This document shows, in pieces, positions 8,578 to 17,606 of a DNA stretch of 64,000 bases (position 1 is the stretch's first letter; every line of letters begins with the position of its first letter). Origin of the DNA: Candidatus Spongiisociaceae bacterium (lineage in GTDB: Bacteria; Actinomycetota; Acidimicrobiia; Spongiisociales; Spongiisociaceae); the NCBI GenBank assembly GCA_965262915.1, contig OZ253564.1, forward strand, positions 3,104,001 to 3,168,000. The letters are read 5' to 3'. The position numbers were made by a program, and so were the translations under genes. The notes beneath the pieces are model-generated. The model saw only the letters and a program-made list of their open reading frames with translations, made no database searches and had not been told where the DNA came from.

Positions 8578-8641
8578 CTCGGAGGGTGCTCTAAACGGTA
8601 GGGAGCAACGGCATTCCAGCCGTTCCTGTGCACCCTTCTAA
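8578..8641. repeat. Short dispersed repeat, copy 2
   Basis: GGAGGGTGCTCTAAACGGTAGGGAGCAACGGC (8581-8612). Ends GAGGGTGC / GCACCCTT form an inverted pair. Confidence 0.55.
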
Positions 8642-8666
8642 GGTGAGGCAGCCGAGAGGAGTGACG

Positions 8667-10139
8667 ATGGCTCGACGCCCGAACATACTGTTGCTCCAAG
8701 CCGATCAACTGGCCCCACACTTCCTGCCCGTATACGGCCATCCGGTCACCCTGGCGCCCAACCTCTCGGAGCTGGCCGGGAGCGGCGCCGTGTTCGACTC
8801 GGCCTACTGCAACTCTCCCCTCTGCGCTCCGTCCCGTTTCTCGATGATGACCGGGCAGATGCCGTCCGACATCGGCGCCTACGACAACGCCTCCCCCCTC
8901 TCCCCTGCCGTCCCCACCTTCGCCCACCACCTCCGGCGGGGTGGGTACCGGACGGTCCTGGCCGGGAAGATGCACTTCGTCGGACCCGATCAACTGCACG
9001 GCTTCGAGGAACGCCTCACCACCGACATCTACCCGGCCGACTTCGGGTGGACACCGGACTGGGACGACGCGGACCGAGATCCGGTCCGCTCCTACCTCCG
9101 CCAGGCGGCCCGTGACCTAAAGCGGGCCGGCGTATCGGGACCCACCCTGCAGATGCATTACGACGACGAGGTGACCCACCGGGCGGTCCGGTGGCTCCGA
9201 GGACCGGGCGACGGGGACAGGCCCTTTGCGCTGACCGTGTCCTTCATCCATCCACACGACCCGTTCAACATCACCCGAGCGTACTGGGACCGCTACCGGG
9301 GCCGTGCGATCGACGATCCGATCACCCCACCGGCGGCGACGGATGTGCCGCTCGACGAGCCTTCCCGGCAGCTGCGGGCGGCTCTCGACCTCGACGGCCT
9401 GGACCTGAGCGGCGCCGAGGTGCGCACCGCCCGCCGCGCCTACTACGCGGCCATCAGCTACCTGGACGACTGCATCGGTAAGGTCCTGGCCGCCCTCCGC
9501 GAGCGCGACCGTGGCCGGCCCACCGCGATCATCTTCGTGGCCGACCATGGAGAGATGCTGGGCGAGCGCGGGCTCTGGTTCAAGATGAGCTTCTTCGAGC
9601 GTTCGGCCCGGGTACCGATGATCATCACCGGTCCTGGCATAGCACCGACTCGAGTTGCTACGCCGGTATCCCTGATCGACCTCCTACCCACCCTCCTCGA
9701 CATCGCCGGCGTCGGTGCGGACAGCGCCGGTACCCCCGGAAGGAGCCTGGTCCCGCTGGCGTGTGGCGAACGGGAGACGAGCGCGCCGCCCGTCTTTGCC
9801 GAGATGCTTGGAGAAGGTGTGACGGACCCTGTGGTGATGGTCCGGGAGGACCGCTTCAAGTACATTTCCATCCCCCGAGCAGCTGCGGGCCTCTTCGACG
9901 TCGTCTCGGACCCCGAGGAGCTCTCGGATCTGGCCGGTGCCACCCGCTTCAGGGACGTGGCCGAGCGGCTGGCTGCTCGGGCAGGTGCACGCTGGGATCT
10001 CGCGAGGCTGAGGGCGGAGGTGGTGGCGAGCCAGAGGGACCGGAGATTGGTCCACCTAGCGCTGATCGCCGGCAAGCACACTCCGTGGGACTACTCGCCG
10101 GCGACCGAAGCGGCCGGCTCGTACATACGCAACGTCTGA
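8667..10139 (+). CDS. betC: Choline-sulfatase
   Basis: RPNILLLQADQL, AYCNSPLCAPSR (formylglycine motif), GKMHFVGPDQLHGFEERLTTDIYPADFGWTPDW, C-terminal SQRDRR...PWDY. Confidence 0.92.
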   Translation: MARRPNILLLQADQLAPHFLPVYGHPVTLAPNLSELAGSGAVFDSAYCNSPLCAPSRFSMMTGQMPSDIGAYDNASPLSPAVPTFAHHLRRGGYRTVLAGKMHFVGPDQLHGFEERLTTDIYPADFGWTPDWDDADRDPVRSYLRQAARDLKRAGVSGPTLQMHYDDEVTHRAVRWLRGPGDGDRPFALTVSFIHPHDPFNITRAYWDRYRGRAIDDPITPPAATDVPLDEPSRQLRAALDLDGLDLSGAEVRTARRAYYAAISYLDDCIGKVLAALRERDRGRPTAIIFVADHGEMLGERGLWFKMSFFERSARVPMIITGPGIAPTRVATPVSLIDLLPTLLDIAGVGADSAGTPGRSLVPLACGERETSAPPVFAEMLGEGVTDPVVMVREDRFKYISIPRAAAGLFDVVSDPEELSDLAGATRFRDVAERLAARAGARWDLARLRAEVVASQRDRRLVHLALIAGKHTPWDYSPATEAAGSYIRNV

Positions 10140-10474
10140 CGCGGCGACGGAAAGGGGTCCTGGCAGACCGGCGAGCCTCGGATCGGCCGACTCGTGCTCG
10201 CGACATCCCGAGACCGGCACGAACCGCCCACGTGCTACGAGATGCGCATAGCTAGGCATGGTCTATCGGCTGTATTGGCTAGGGCGAGATCGATCCGGGC
10301 CGGAACGCCTCACCGAGTCGGCCCCGCTTACTCGGGCCCCCACCAGCCAACCGGATGGTCGGTGCTCAACCAGAGGATGGGATCCCGCGCTCGACGTCGG
10401 TCGGGTTGGTAGCGAGCTCCCCGGCCGGGGAGCGAGACAGGGCGCAACCCGCGCCCGGTCCTCCCGTCGGGCGC

Positions 10475-11878
10475 TTACCGCCGCCACGGTACGAGCAGAC
10501 CGTGTAAGCCGGCTCGGTCGATCAGGTCATCGGCCCGGGCCTGCGCTTCGCTCATCACCGCCTCCTCGTCGACCATGGTGCAACGGCCGTTCTCCAGCAC
10601 GACGTTGCCGTCGATGATCGAATACGCCACATCCGATCCCCTGACACAGTAGGTAAGGGCGGAGACAGTCCTGTGCCACGGTGTGAGATGGGGACTGCGC
10701 ATGTCGACGACGATGATGTCGGCCAGCTTGCCGGGAGCGAGCACACCGGCGTCGATCCCCGCGTAGCGCGCTCCTTCTCTCGTGGCCATCTCCAATGCCT
10801 CTTCACCGTTGCTGATGGTCGGATCCAGGGTATGGACACGCTGGAGCAGGATGGACTGCTTCATCACCTCGAACATGTCCTGGCGGTGGTTGCAGCACGG
10901 ACCGTCGGTGCCGAGACCGATCGGCGCTCCGGAGGCGCGCAGGTCGCGCAAGCGCATGACGCCAAGGGCTATGTACTGGTGGGATATGGGGCAGTAGGCG
11001 ATCCCGGTCTCCGTCTCGCCCACGTGATCGATCTCGGTATCGTCGAGGTAGATCCCGTGAGCGATGGTCGCTTCCGACCCCAGGAGACCCTCCTGGTAGA
11101 GCCATTCGACCGGCCGGATGCCGTACTCCTCGAGATATGTGGGAGGGTCCTCGAGGCGCTCGGAGCAGTGCGTGTGCCACCCAACACCCGCCTCGCGGGC
11201 CAGGGCGACGCTCCGCCGGACCAGGTCCTGATCGTTGTAGATGATGTTGAGGGGCGCCGGCCACACCTCGACGCGGCCTCCGGCCGGGTACGACTCAATG
11301 GCCGTCGTAGTGATCTCGATCTCCTCGTCGTTGGAGTAGGAGAACAGCTCCCCGGCCAGGTTGGACCTCCGAGCGATGTCGGTCGCCTCCCCCGCGATTC
11401 CTCGGGCCACCGCTCCCCGCAGCCCCACCTCGCGGATGGCGCCGGCCACCGCCAGGGTCGTGTCGAGGTCGGACGGCGCGTAGTGGTGGTCGATGACAGT
11501 GGTGGTGCCCGCCTTGACAGCCTCCACCGCCCCCAGCTTGGCGCCGATCCGACCCTCGGCCAGGTTGATGGAGATCGAGTAGGGCCACATGAAGTCAGTC
11601 AGCCAGGTCCACAGCGGCATGCCCTCGCCCAACCCGCGCGCCAGACCCTGGAACAGGTGGTTGTGGGTGTCGATCAGTCCCGGCAGCACGGCGTGGCCGG
11701 TGCAGTCGATAGTGCGGCGTGCCCGGTAGCCGGCCAGGTCAGCGACCGGCCCGACCGCGACGATCCGGCTGCCCGTCACCGCCACGGCCCCCGGTTCGAT
11801 GACCCGGCGGTCGTCATCGACGGTCACCACTGACCCTCCGGTGAGCAGGATGTCGCAGTCCTGGCTTCTCTGGTTCAT
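10475..11878 (-). CDS. Metal-dependent amidohydrolase/deaminase, close paralog of 1865-3289
   Basis: PGLIDTHNH, HTHCSE, GTDG. Shares long blocks with the paralog (WPAPLNIIY, GIAYCPISHQYIALGVMRLRDLR). GGAGG before ATG 11878. Confidence 0.88.
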   Translation of the reverse strand: MNQRSQDCDILLTGGSVVTVDDDRRVIEPGAVAVTGSRIVAVGPVADLAGYRARRTIDCTGHAVLPGLIDTHNHLFQGLARGLGEGMPLWTWLTDFMWPYSISINLAEGRIGAKLGAVEAVKAGTTTVIDHHYAPSDLDTTLAVAGAIREVGLRGAVARGIAGEATDIARRSNLAGELFSYSNDEEIEITTTAIESYPAGGRVEVWPAPLNIIYNDQDLVRRSVALAREAGVGWHTHCSERLEDPPTYLEEYGIRPVEWLYQEGLLGSEATIAHGIYLDDTEIDHVGETETGIAYCPISHQYIALGVMRLRDLRASGAPIGLGTDGPCCNHRQDMFEVMKQSILLQRVHTLDPTISNGEEALEMATREGARYAGIDAGVLAPGKLADIIVVDMRSPHLTPWHRTVSALTYCVRGSDVAYSIIDGNVVLENGRCTMVDEEAVMSEAQARADDLIDRAGLHGLLVPWRR

Positions 11879-11895
11879 CGGGCGGAACCTCCCTT

Positions 11896-12828
11896 TCATC
11901 CGGCGGCCGCGCCGTCCCGGTCGACTTCGGGGGCCGGGATCTTGAGCAGCCGACCGGCCGTACCCCCCATGATGGCTTCCAACTCCTCGGCGGTGAGTTC
12001 GGGCCCGCCAACCTGTTCGGCAACCCGGTTGACGCTCCGGAAGATGCCCGAAGCCACCCCACGGGAACCGGACTTGTGCTTGTCGTTGTTGTCCGACCCG
12101 TAGACCGCCCGATCCAGCGCGCCCAGGCTTCTCAATCTGCCGAGCACCCGGTACAGGTCACGGGGGTCCCCACCAGCGTAATAGGACAGGTCGGCGTAGA
12201 AGTTGGGATGGCGGGCCACGACCGCGATTCCTTCATCGACATAGGGAAAAGCCAGGTAGACGAGGACTTTGAGATCCCGGTAGCGAATGCCCAGTTCGTC
12301 GAGGAGCAGCGGCCGGGCGTGGTGCATGGGAGCGTTGATGATCGGTGTGAAGCCGGTGTGGGTGTGAATGGGGAGGTCGAGGTCGAGGCACTTCTCGTAG
12401 ACCGGCGCCAGCCTCGGGTCAGCAGGATCGTGGTGGTGGTAGGTGGGCAGTAGCTTCATCATGCGGAACCCGTACTCCCGGACGCAACGCTCGATCTCGT
12501 CGGTGGCCTCCCGCACGTCACGCAGCGGATCCACGCACACCACCCCATACAGACGGCCGGGGTGGGCAGCACACTGGGCCGCCGTGTAGTCGTTGGGTAC
12601 GTGCACCTCGTGCTCATCCGGGAACCGCGGATGGTAGGTGGTGCGGCGTAGGTCCGATCCGTGGGCCAGACCGACATCGATACCTGCCTGATCGAGCAGT
12701 TCCACCAGGGCTGCGCCGTCCGTCCACCGGTAGTCCCCGCCATAGGGCCGATACAACTCCTCCATCCACCAGACCGGTGCGTGGCGAGGGGTCTCGGTGA
12801 GGTAGAGGAGCACATCGACGGTAGGCAT
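11896..12828 (-). CDS. Amidohydrolase_2 family protein lacking the N-terminal HxH
   Basis: MPTVDVLLY, NDYTA, KLLPTY, IHTHTG, HPNFYADLS, YGSD. Start set by alignment to the neighbouring paralog. Confidence 0.8.
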   Translation of the reverse strand: MPTVDVLLYLTETPRHAPVWWMEELYRPYGGDYRWTDGAALVELLDQAGIDVGLAHGSDLRRTTYHPRFPDEHEVHVPNDYTAAQCAAHPGRLYGVVCVDPLRDVREATDEIERCVREYGFRMMKLLPTYHHHDPADPRLAPVYEKCLDLDLPIHTHTGFTPIINAPMHHARPLLLDELGIRYRDLKVLVYLAFPYVDEGIAVVARHPNFYADLSYYAGGDPRDLYRVLGRLRSLGALDRAVYGSDNNDKHKSGSRGVASGIFRSVNRVAEQVGGPELTAEELEAIMGGTAGRLLKIPAPEVDRDGAAAG

Positions 12829-12832
12829 CGGA

Positions 12833-13732
12833 TCAATCCATCCGGTACAGCCTGGCGGCGTTGCCGCCCACGATCGCGTCGATCTGCCCGGACGTGAAAG
12901 GCTCCCGGTCCGTACGCTGGGCCACATCGGCGAGTTCCTCCATAAGGTGGGTCCCGATCTGCTGGCCTCCCCCGGTCCGATCCTTGTCGTTGTTGTCCGA
13001 GCCGTAGACCACCCGGTCCAGAGCATCCAAGCCCCGGAGTTTGTCGAGGGCGTCGAAGAGGGGCTCCGGACCGGCCCCGACAAAATAGGCGATATCCGCG
13101 TAGAAGTTCGGATGCCGCGCCACCACCGCGATGCCCTCGTCAACGTACGGAAAGTTGATGTACGCGAGAACGCGCAGGTCGCGGTAGCGGATGCCGACCC
13201 GGTCGAGCGGTTCGGGGTGACCGTACCGGAGCGCCGCCGTGATGATCGGCGAGTACCCGGTGTTCACATGTGCCACGATGCCGAGTTCCAGGCAACTCTC
13301 GAGCATGGGCGCCACCGCCGGGTCGTCGATGTAGTAGTTCTGGTAGGTGGGTAAGAACTTCGACGACCTGAACCCGTATTCCTTCACGCAGCGACGCTGT
13401 TCGATCACCCCGGCTCTGACATCCCGCAGGGGATCGATGTTGGCCACACCGATCAGCCGATCGGGGAACCGGGCCACCTGGCGAGCGGTGTAGTCGTTGG
13501 TTACGAACAGGTTGCGCTGATCGGGGAAGCCGGGATGGTAGGTGGTGCGGCGGATGTCGGAGCCCTGGACCATCCCGATGTCTACCCCGGCCCGGTCGAG
13601 GATGCCCACGATCGCTTCGCCGTCGGTCCAGATGTAGTCGCCGCCGTAGGGCCGGTACAACTCTTCCATCCACCAGAGCGGAGCCTGCTCGGACGACTCG
13701 GTCAGATGGAGATGGCAATCGACCGTTATCAT
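12833..13732 (-). CDS. Amidohydrolase_2 family protein
   Basis: VDCHLH, NDYTA..FPDRLIG, KFLPTY, HPNFYADIA, YGSD. Confidence 0.85.
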   Translation of the reverse strand: MITVDCHLHLTESSEQAPLWWMEELYRPYGGDYIWTDGEAIVGILDRAGVDIGMVQGSDIRRTTYHPGFPDQRNLFVTNDYTARQVARFPDRLIGVANIDPLRDVRAGVIEQRRCVKEYGFRSSKFLPTYQNYYIDDPAVAPMLESCLELGIVAHVNTGYSPIITAALRYGHPEPLDRVGIRYRDLRVLAYINFPYVDEGIAVVARHPNFYADIAYFVGAGPEPLFDALDKLRGLDALDRVVYGSDNNDKDRTGGGQQIGTHLMEELADVAQRTDREPFTSGQIDAIVGGNAARLYRMD

Positions 13733-13825
13733 CAGGCTGCTCCCCCATCGACCCTGCGGATGCCGCGATGGCCGCCTCCAGAGTGTGTTCCGGGTCCGAG
13801 GGGGGCGCCCGCCATGGGAGCGGAG

Positions 13826-15049
13826 CTACGTATAACTGATGACTCCTTCCTCGGCCATATGTCTCAACTCAGCCTCCCCGTACCCTATCAAGCCTCCCAG
13901 GATCTCCTCGTTGTGCTGGCCGAGGGCAGGCCCGGTGGTCCGCACCTGTCCAGGAGTCGCCGACAGACGGCCGACCAGGTTCTGCATGCGCACAGGCCCG
14001 AGGACGGGGTCCTCGACGGTGGTGACGCTCTCGTTGTGGGCGAATTGCGGATCCTCGAAGATACCGGCGATATCCAGTATCGGGGCGATGGCCGCTCCGG
14101 CGGCCCCGAACGTGGCCACAACCTCGTCGGCATCCCTCTCCGCCACCCACGCTCCAATGACCTCGTCCAACTCGTCTTGGTGCTGGAGCCGTCCGGTGTG
14201 GTTGGCGAACCACTCCTGCTCGGCGAGTTCGGGATGCCCGACCAGGTCGACCGTCCGTTCAGCGGTCGACTGCGAGGAAGCCGACAGTCCCAACCAAACG
14301 CCATCTCTCGACAGGTACGCGTTGCGCGGCGCGGTGAATGGGGCCCGGTTGCCGCTCCGGCCCTGTGCGACTCCTAGCTGGTCGTACACACTGGCCTGCG
14401 GTCCCAGCAACCAGAAGATAGGTTCGTATATCGACAGGTCGATCATCTGCCCCACCCCGGCCTCCGCTTCCCTGGCCCGGAGAGCCGCCAGGGTCAGGAA
14501 GGCGCCGCTGATCCCGGCTATGCCGTCCGCCAAGGCGAACGGCGGCAGGGTCGGTGGCCCGTCCGGATACCCGTTCATATGGGCAAAACCCGACATCGAC
14601 TCGGCCAGAGTGCCGAAACCTGCACGCTCCCGGTACGGACCGGTCTGACCGAAGCCGGTCACCCGTACCATCACCAGCCGCGGGTTTATCTCGCGCAGGT
14701 CGTCCCAACCGAGGCCCCACCGCTCCATGGTCCCCGGACGGAAGTTCTCGACGAGGACATCGGCCCCCTCCACCAGCCGCAGCAACGCCCGTCGCCCGAG
14801 ATCGTGGGAGAGTTTGAGGGTTACGGCCCGTTTGTTGCGGTTGACCACCGCCCACCACAGCGAGACCCCGTCCTTCTCCCAGCCCAGGTTCCGGAGGCTG
14901 TCCCCGCCGGGATGCTCCACCTTGATGACATCGGCGCCGAAGTCCCCCAGCAGGGTGGCCACCATCGGCCCGGCGAACAGCGTGGCCGCATCGACGACCC
15001 TCAACCCCTCCAGGGGGCCTTTCACGTCGTTGTTGAGGTTCTCTTGCAT
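13826..15049 (-). CDS. CaiB/BaiF family (class III) CoA-transferase
   Basis: PLEGLRVVD, LGDFGADVIKVEHPGGD, NRNKR, ENFRPG, GFGQTGPY, PALGQHNEEIL. Confidence 0.93.
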   Translation of the reverse strand: MQENLNNDVKGPLEGLRVVDAATLFAGPMVATLLGDFGADVIKVEHPGGDSLRNLGWEKDGVSLWWAVVNRNKRAVTLKLSHDLGRRALLRLVEGADVLVENFRPGTMERWGLGWDDLREINPRLVMVRVTGFGQTGPYRERAGFGTLAESMSGFAHMNGYPDGPPTLPPFALADGIAGISGAFLTLAALRAREAEAGVGQMIDLSIYEPIFWLLGPQASVYDQLGVAQGRSGNRAPFTAPRNAYLSRDGVWLGLSASSQSTAERTVDLVGHPELAEQEWFANHTGRLQHQDELDEVIGAWVAERDADEVVATFGAAGAAIAPILDIAGIFEDPQFAHNESVTTVEDPVLGPVRMQNLVGRLSATPGQVRTTGPALGQHNEEILGGLIGYGEAELRHMAEEGVISYT

Positions 15050-15173
15050 CGGGCGAGCCTACCGGTTCGGTGTCCTGGTACCACAGCCGTGTCGATGACG
15101 CCGATCGCTGCTCGCCTTCCCCTTCCGGTGCGATGCATGAGCGTCGGGCCCGGTCGCCGCCGCTGCAACGACC

Positions 15174-15617
15174 CTATTCGACCTGCCCGGGGGGACGTCG
15201 CAACCGCTTGGTCTCGGCGCGTTTCCGCTTCTCCTCGAGCCGCCTGCGGTGAGCGGCTGGCCCGGGTCGCATTGCCCGGCGCGGGGGCGGGTCCGGCGCC
15301 AGTGCATCGTCGAGCAGGGCGCGCAGGCGTCGCCTGGCGACCTGGCGATTCCTCCATTGGGAGCGGTGGTCGGCCACCACCAAACGCACCGAGCCGGAGC
15401 GTATCCGGGTGGCCAGCCGCCGCTGCATCCGTCCCCTCTGCGCTTCGGACAGGGCGTCCGATCCAGCGATGGAGAAAGACAGGCCGACACGGGTGTTGGC
15501 CCGGTTGACATGCTGGCCTCCCGGCCCCGAGGCGGGCCCGAAATCCCAACGGAGTTCCCGGGCGGGAATCACCGGACCCCGCTCCAGGTGGAGGTCTCGT
15601 TTCGCGTCGGGCGTCAT
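15174..15617 (-). CDS. arfB: Alternative ribosome-rescue factor B (peptidyl-tRNA hydrolase)
   Basis: SGPGGQHVN, HRSQWRNR, basic C-terminal tail RRRLEEKRKRAETKRLRR. Confidence 0.92.
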   Translation of the reverse strand: MTPDAKRDLHLERGPVIPARELRWDFGPASGPGGQHVNRANTRVGLSFSIAGSDALSEAQRGRMQRRLATRIRSGSVRLVVADHRSQWRNRQVARRRLRALLDDALAPDPPPRRAMRPGPAAHRRRLEEKRKRAETKRLRRPPGQVE

Positions 15618-15636
15618 GATGATGCAAACTACCGGT

Positions 15637-16524
15637 ATGAGCACCGATACACCCAACTCCTGGATCCTGGCTGCCCGGCCCCGGACGCTCTGGGCCGCGA
15701 TCGCGCCGGTACTGGTCGGTTGCGGTCTGGCGCTCGGAAGCGGCGTCTTCCGGGCGGATGCAATGGTTGCCGCCCTGATCTGCGCCGTCGCCCTCCAGGT
15801 CGCGGCCAACTTCGCCAACGACGCCTCGGACGCCCGCCGGGGCGCCGATCCCGAGACGAGGATCGGTCCGACGCGGGCCGTGGCGACCGGTCTCCTGACC
15901 TCCCGGCAGGTCTGGATCGGCGTGTGGGCCATGTTCGGGATGGCTGCGGTCTGCGGCCTCTACCTGGCCTTGATCACCAGTTGGGTCATCGTCGCGGTGG
16001 GCGCAGCTGCCATCCTGGCCACGGTCACCTACACGGGCGGCCCGTCTCCCTACGGGTACCGGGGATTCGGCGAGATATCGGTGTTCGTCTTCTTCGGCCT
16101 CACCGCCACCGTCGGGAGTCGCTACGTGCACGACGGATCGGCACCCCTCGAGGCGTGGCTGCTGGCCATTCCGATCGGATTCACCGCGTCGGCCATACTC
16201 GTTGCCAACAACGTGCGTGACATCGAGACCGACGCGGTAGCCGGCAAGCGAACCCTGGCGGTGATGCTCGGCCGCGACCGTGCCCGAAGGCTGTACACGG
16301 TGATGTTGAGTGCGTCCTTCGCGGTGATCGCAGGAACGGCGGTGATCGGGATCGTTCCGCGCTGGACAGCGCTGGCGTTGCTGGTCTCGCCGTTGGCGTT
16401 CCCACTGATTGCGACCATCCGCTCCACAACGGACGGTCCAATGCTGATCAGAGTTCTCGAAGGGACGGCTCGCCTGCATTTGCTGGTAGGTCTCGGGCTG
16501 GGAGTCGGGGCAGCACTCGGATGA
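15637..16524 (+). CDS. menA: 1,4-dihydroxy-2-naphthoate polyprenyltransferase
   Basis: WILAARPRTL, NFANDASD, YTGGPSPYGY, NNVRDIETD..AGKRTL. Confidence 0.93.
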   Translation: MSTDTPNSWILAARPRTLWAAIAPVLVGCGLALGSGVFRADAMVAALICAVALQVAANFANDASDARRGADPETRIGPTRAVATGLLTSRQVWIGVWAMFGMAAVCGLYLALITSWVIVAVGAAAILATVTYTGGPSPYGYRGFGEISVFVFFGLTATVGSRYVHDGSAPLEAWLLAIPIGFTASAILVANNVRDIETDAVAGKRTLAVMLGRDRARRLYTVMLSASFAVIAGTAVIGIVPRWTALALLVSPLAFPLIATIRSTTDGPMLIRVLEGTARLHLLVGLGLGVGAALG

Positions 16525-16649
16525 CAGCAGTCTCAGGTTTACCCGGAGCCGCTTCGTGTCCATTGGTACCGGCAGGCTCCAGAACCCATCCGCCTGGAGC
16601 TATTTCCGGGAGACGCGCGTATGGGACGCTTCGACAAGAACCGAAGCAT

Positions 16650-17474
16650 TCAGGTGAGTGACAGTTCACGCAGGAAGTCGGCGATCTCCGCGGCTACCAG
16701 ATCGGGACGTTCCATCACCACCATGTGGGACTGGCCCATCAGGAAAGAGGTCTTGGTGTTGGGGAGTCGGCCCTCCAGGGCGTCCATTACCGCCTCCAGT
16801 TCTCCGGGATAGTCGGAGATCAACAGCCTGATCGGCGCGGTCAGCTCATCAAGGCGTCCGTACAGGCCGGTCTCGGTGCTCGCCGCGAAGACAGCCGACT
16901 CCACCTCGGGACGGCAAGCCAATGCGACACCATCGGCATGGGGCGCCAGACCGCCCTCCAGGTACCCGGAGAAGGCGTCCGCATGCCACCGCTTGAACAA
17001 CGGTTTCGAACGGTAGGAGGCAGCAGCAGCCTGGCGGGACGGGAATGTCGGGCGACGCATCGCCGCCATCATCGCCAGGGGGTGATCTCCGGAGGAGCGG
17101 AAATCCGGCGGGATGATGACCGGCTCGATCAGGACCATGCCGGACAGCAACCCGGGGCGGATCATCTCTGCCATGACCGTGGCCGATCCGCCCATGGAGT
17201 GTCCGACGCCTACGACAGGGGCGGTCGGTGACAATCCGTCAACCAGATCGACCAGATCGCGTCCGAATGTCCACCACGTGATCGGTGAGCCGAGCGGAGG
17301 AGCGCTTCCATGGCCCCTGGCATCCCATGCCAGGGCGGTGGCGCCCACTCCCTGCCTCCGGAGTTCGGCCACGACCGGTCGCCAGACCTCCTTGCAGAAT
17401 CCCGTAGCGTGACCCAGCAGCAACAGCGCGTCACTTGAACCCGCGTGCCACTCGAGCCCAGCATTGTTCATCAC
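16650..17474 (-). CDS. Alpha/beta hydrolase
   Basis: HATGF, DARGHGS, GHSMGG nucleophile elbow, C-terminal SHMVVMERP. Confidence 0.88.
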   Translation of the reverse strand: MMNNAGLEWHAGSSDALLLLGHATGFCKEVWRPVVAELRRQGVGATALAWDARGHGSAPPLGSPITWWTFGRDLVDLVDGLSPTAPVVGVGHSMGGSATVMAEMIRPGLLSGMVLIEPVIIPPDFRSSGDHPLAMMAAMRRPTFPSRQAAAASYRSKPLFKRWHADAFSGYLEGGLAPHADGVALACRPEVESAVFAASTETGLYGRLDELTAPIRLLISDYPGELEAVMDALEGRLPNTKTSFLMGQSHMVVMERPDLVAAEIADFLRELSLT

Positions 17475-17606
17475 TGGATGTCCTCGATCGGCCCGATCCC
17501 GCATGTGCTCTCGCCTCCATGGGGCCTTCCGCTCATGAGGCGTAGCCAGGGTCGATCAGCCCGTTCATACCGCAGCCCGTCTCCTCGGCCCGACAGTGCG
17601 CGTCGG

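Noticed and set aside
15022-16563. 513-aa minus-strand ORF
   Set aside because: Overlaps menA and arfB; low-complexity Arg/Gly/Pro content with no domain.
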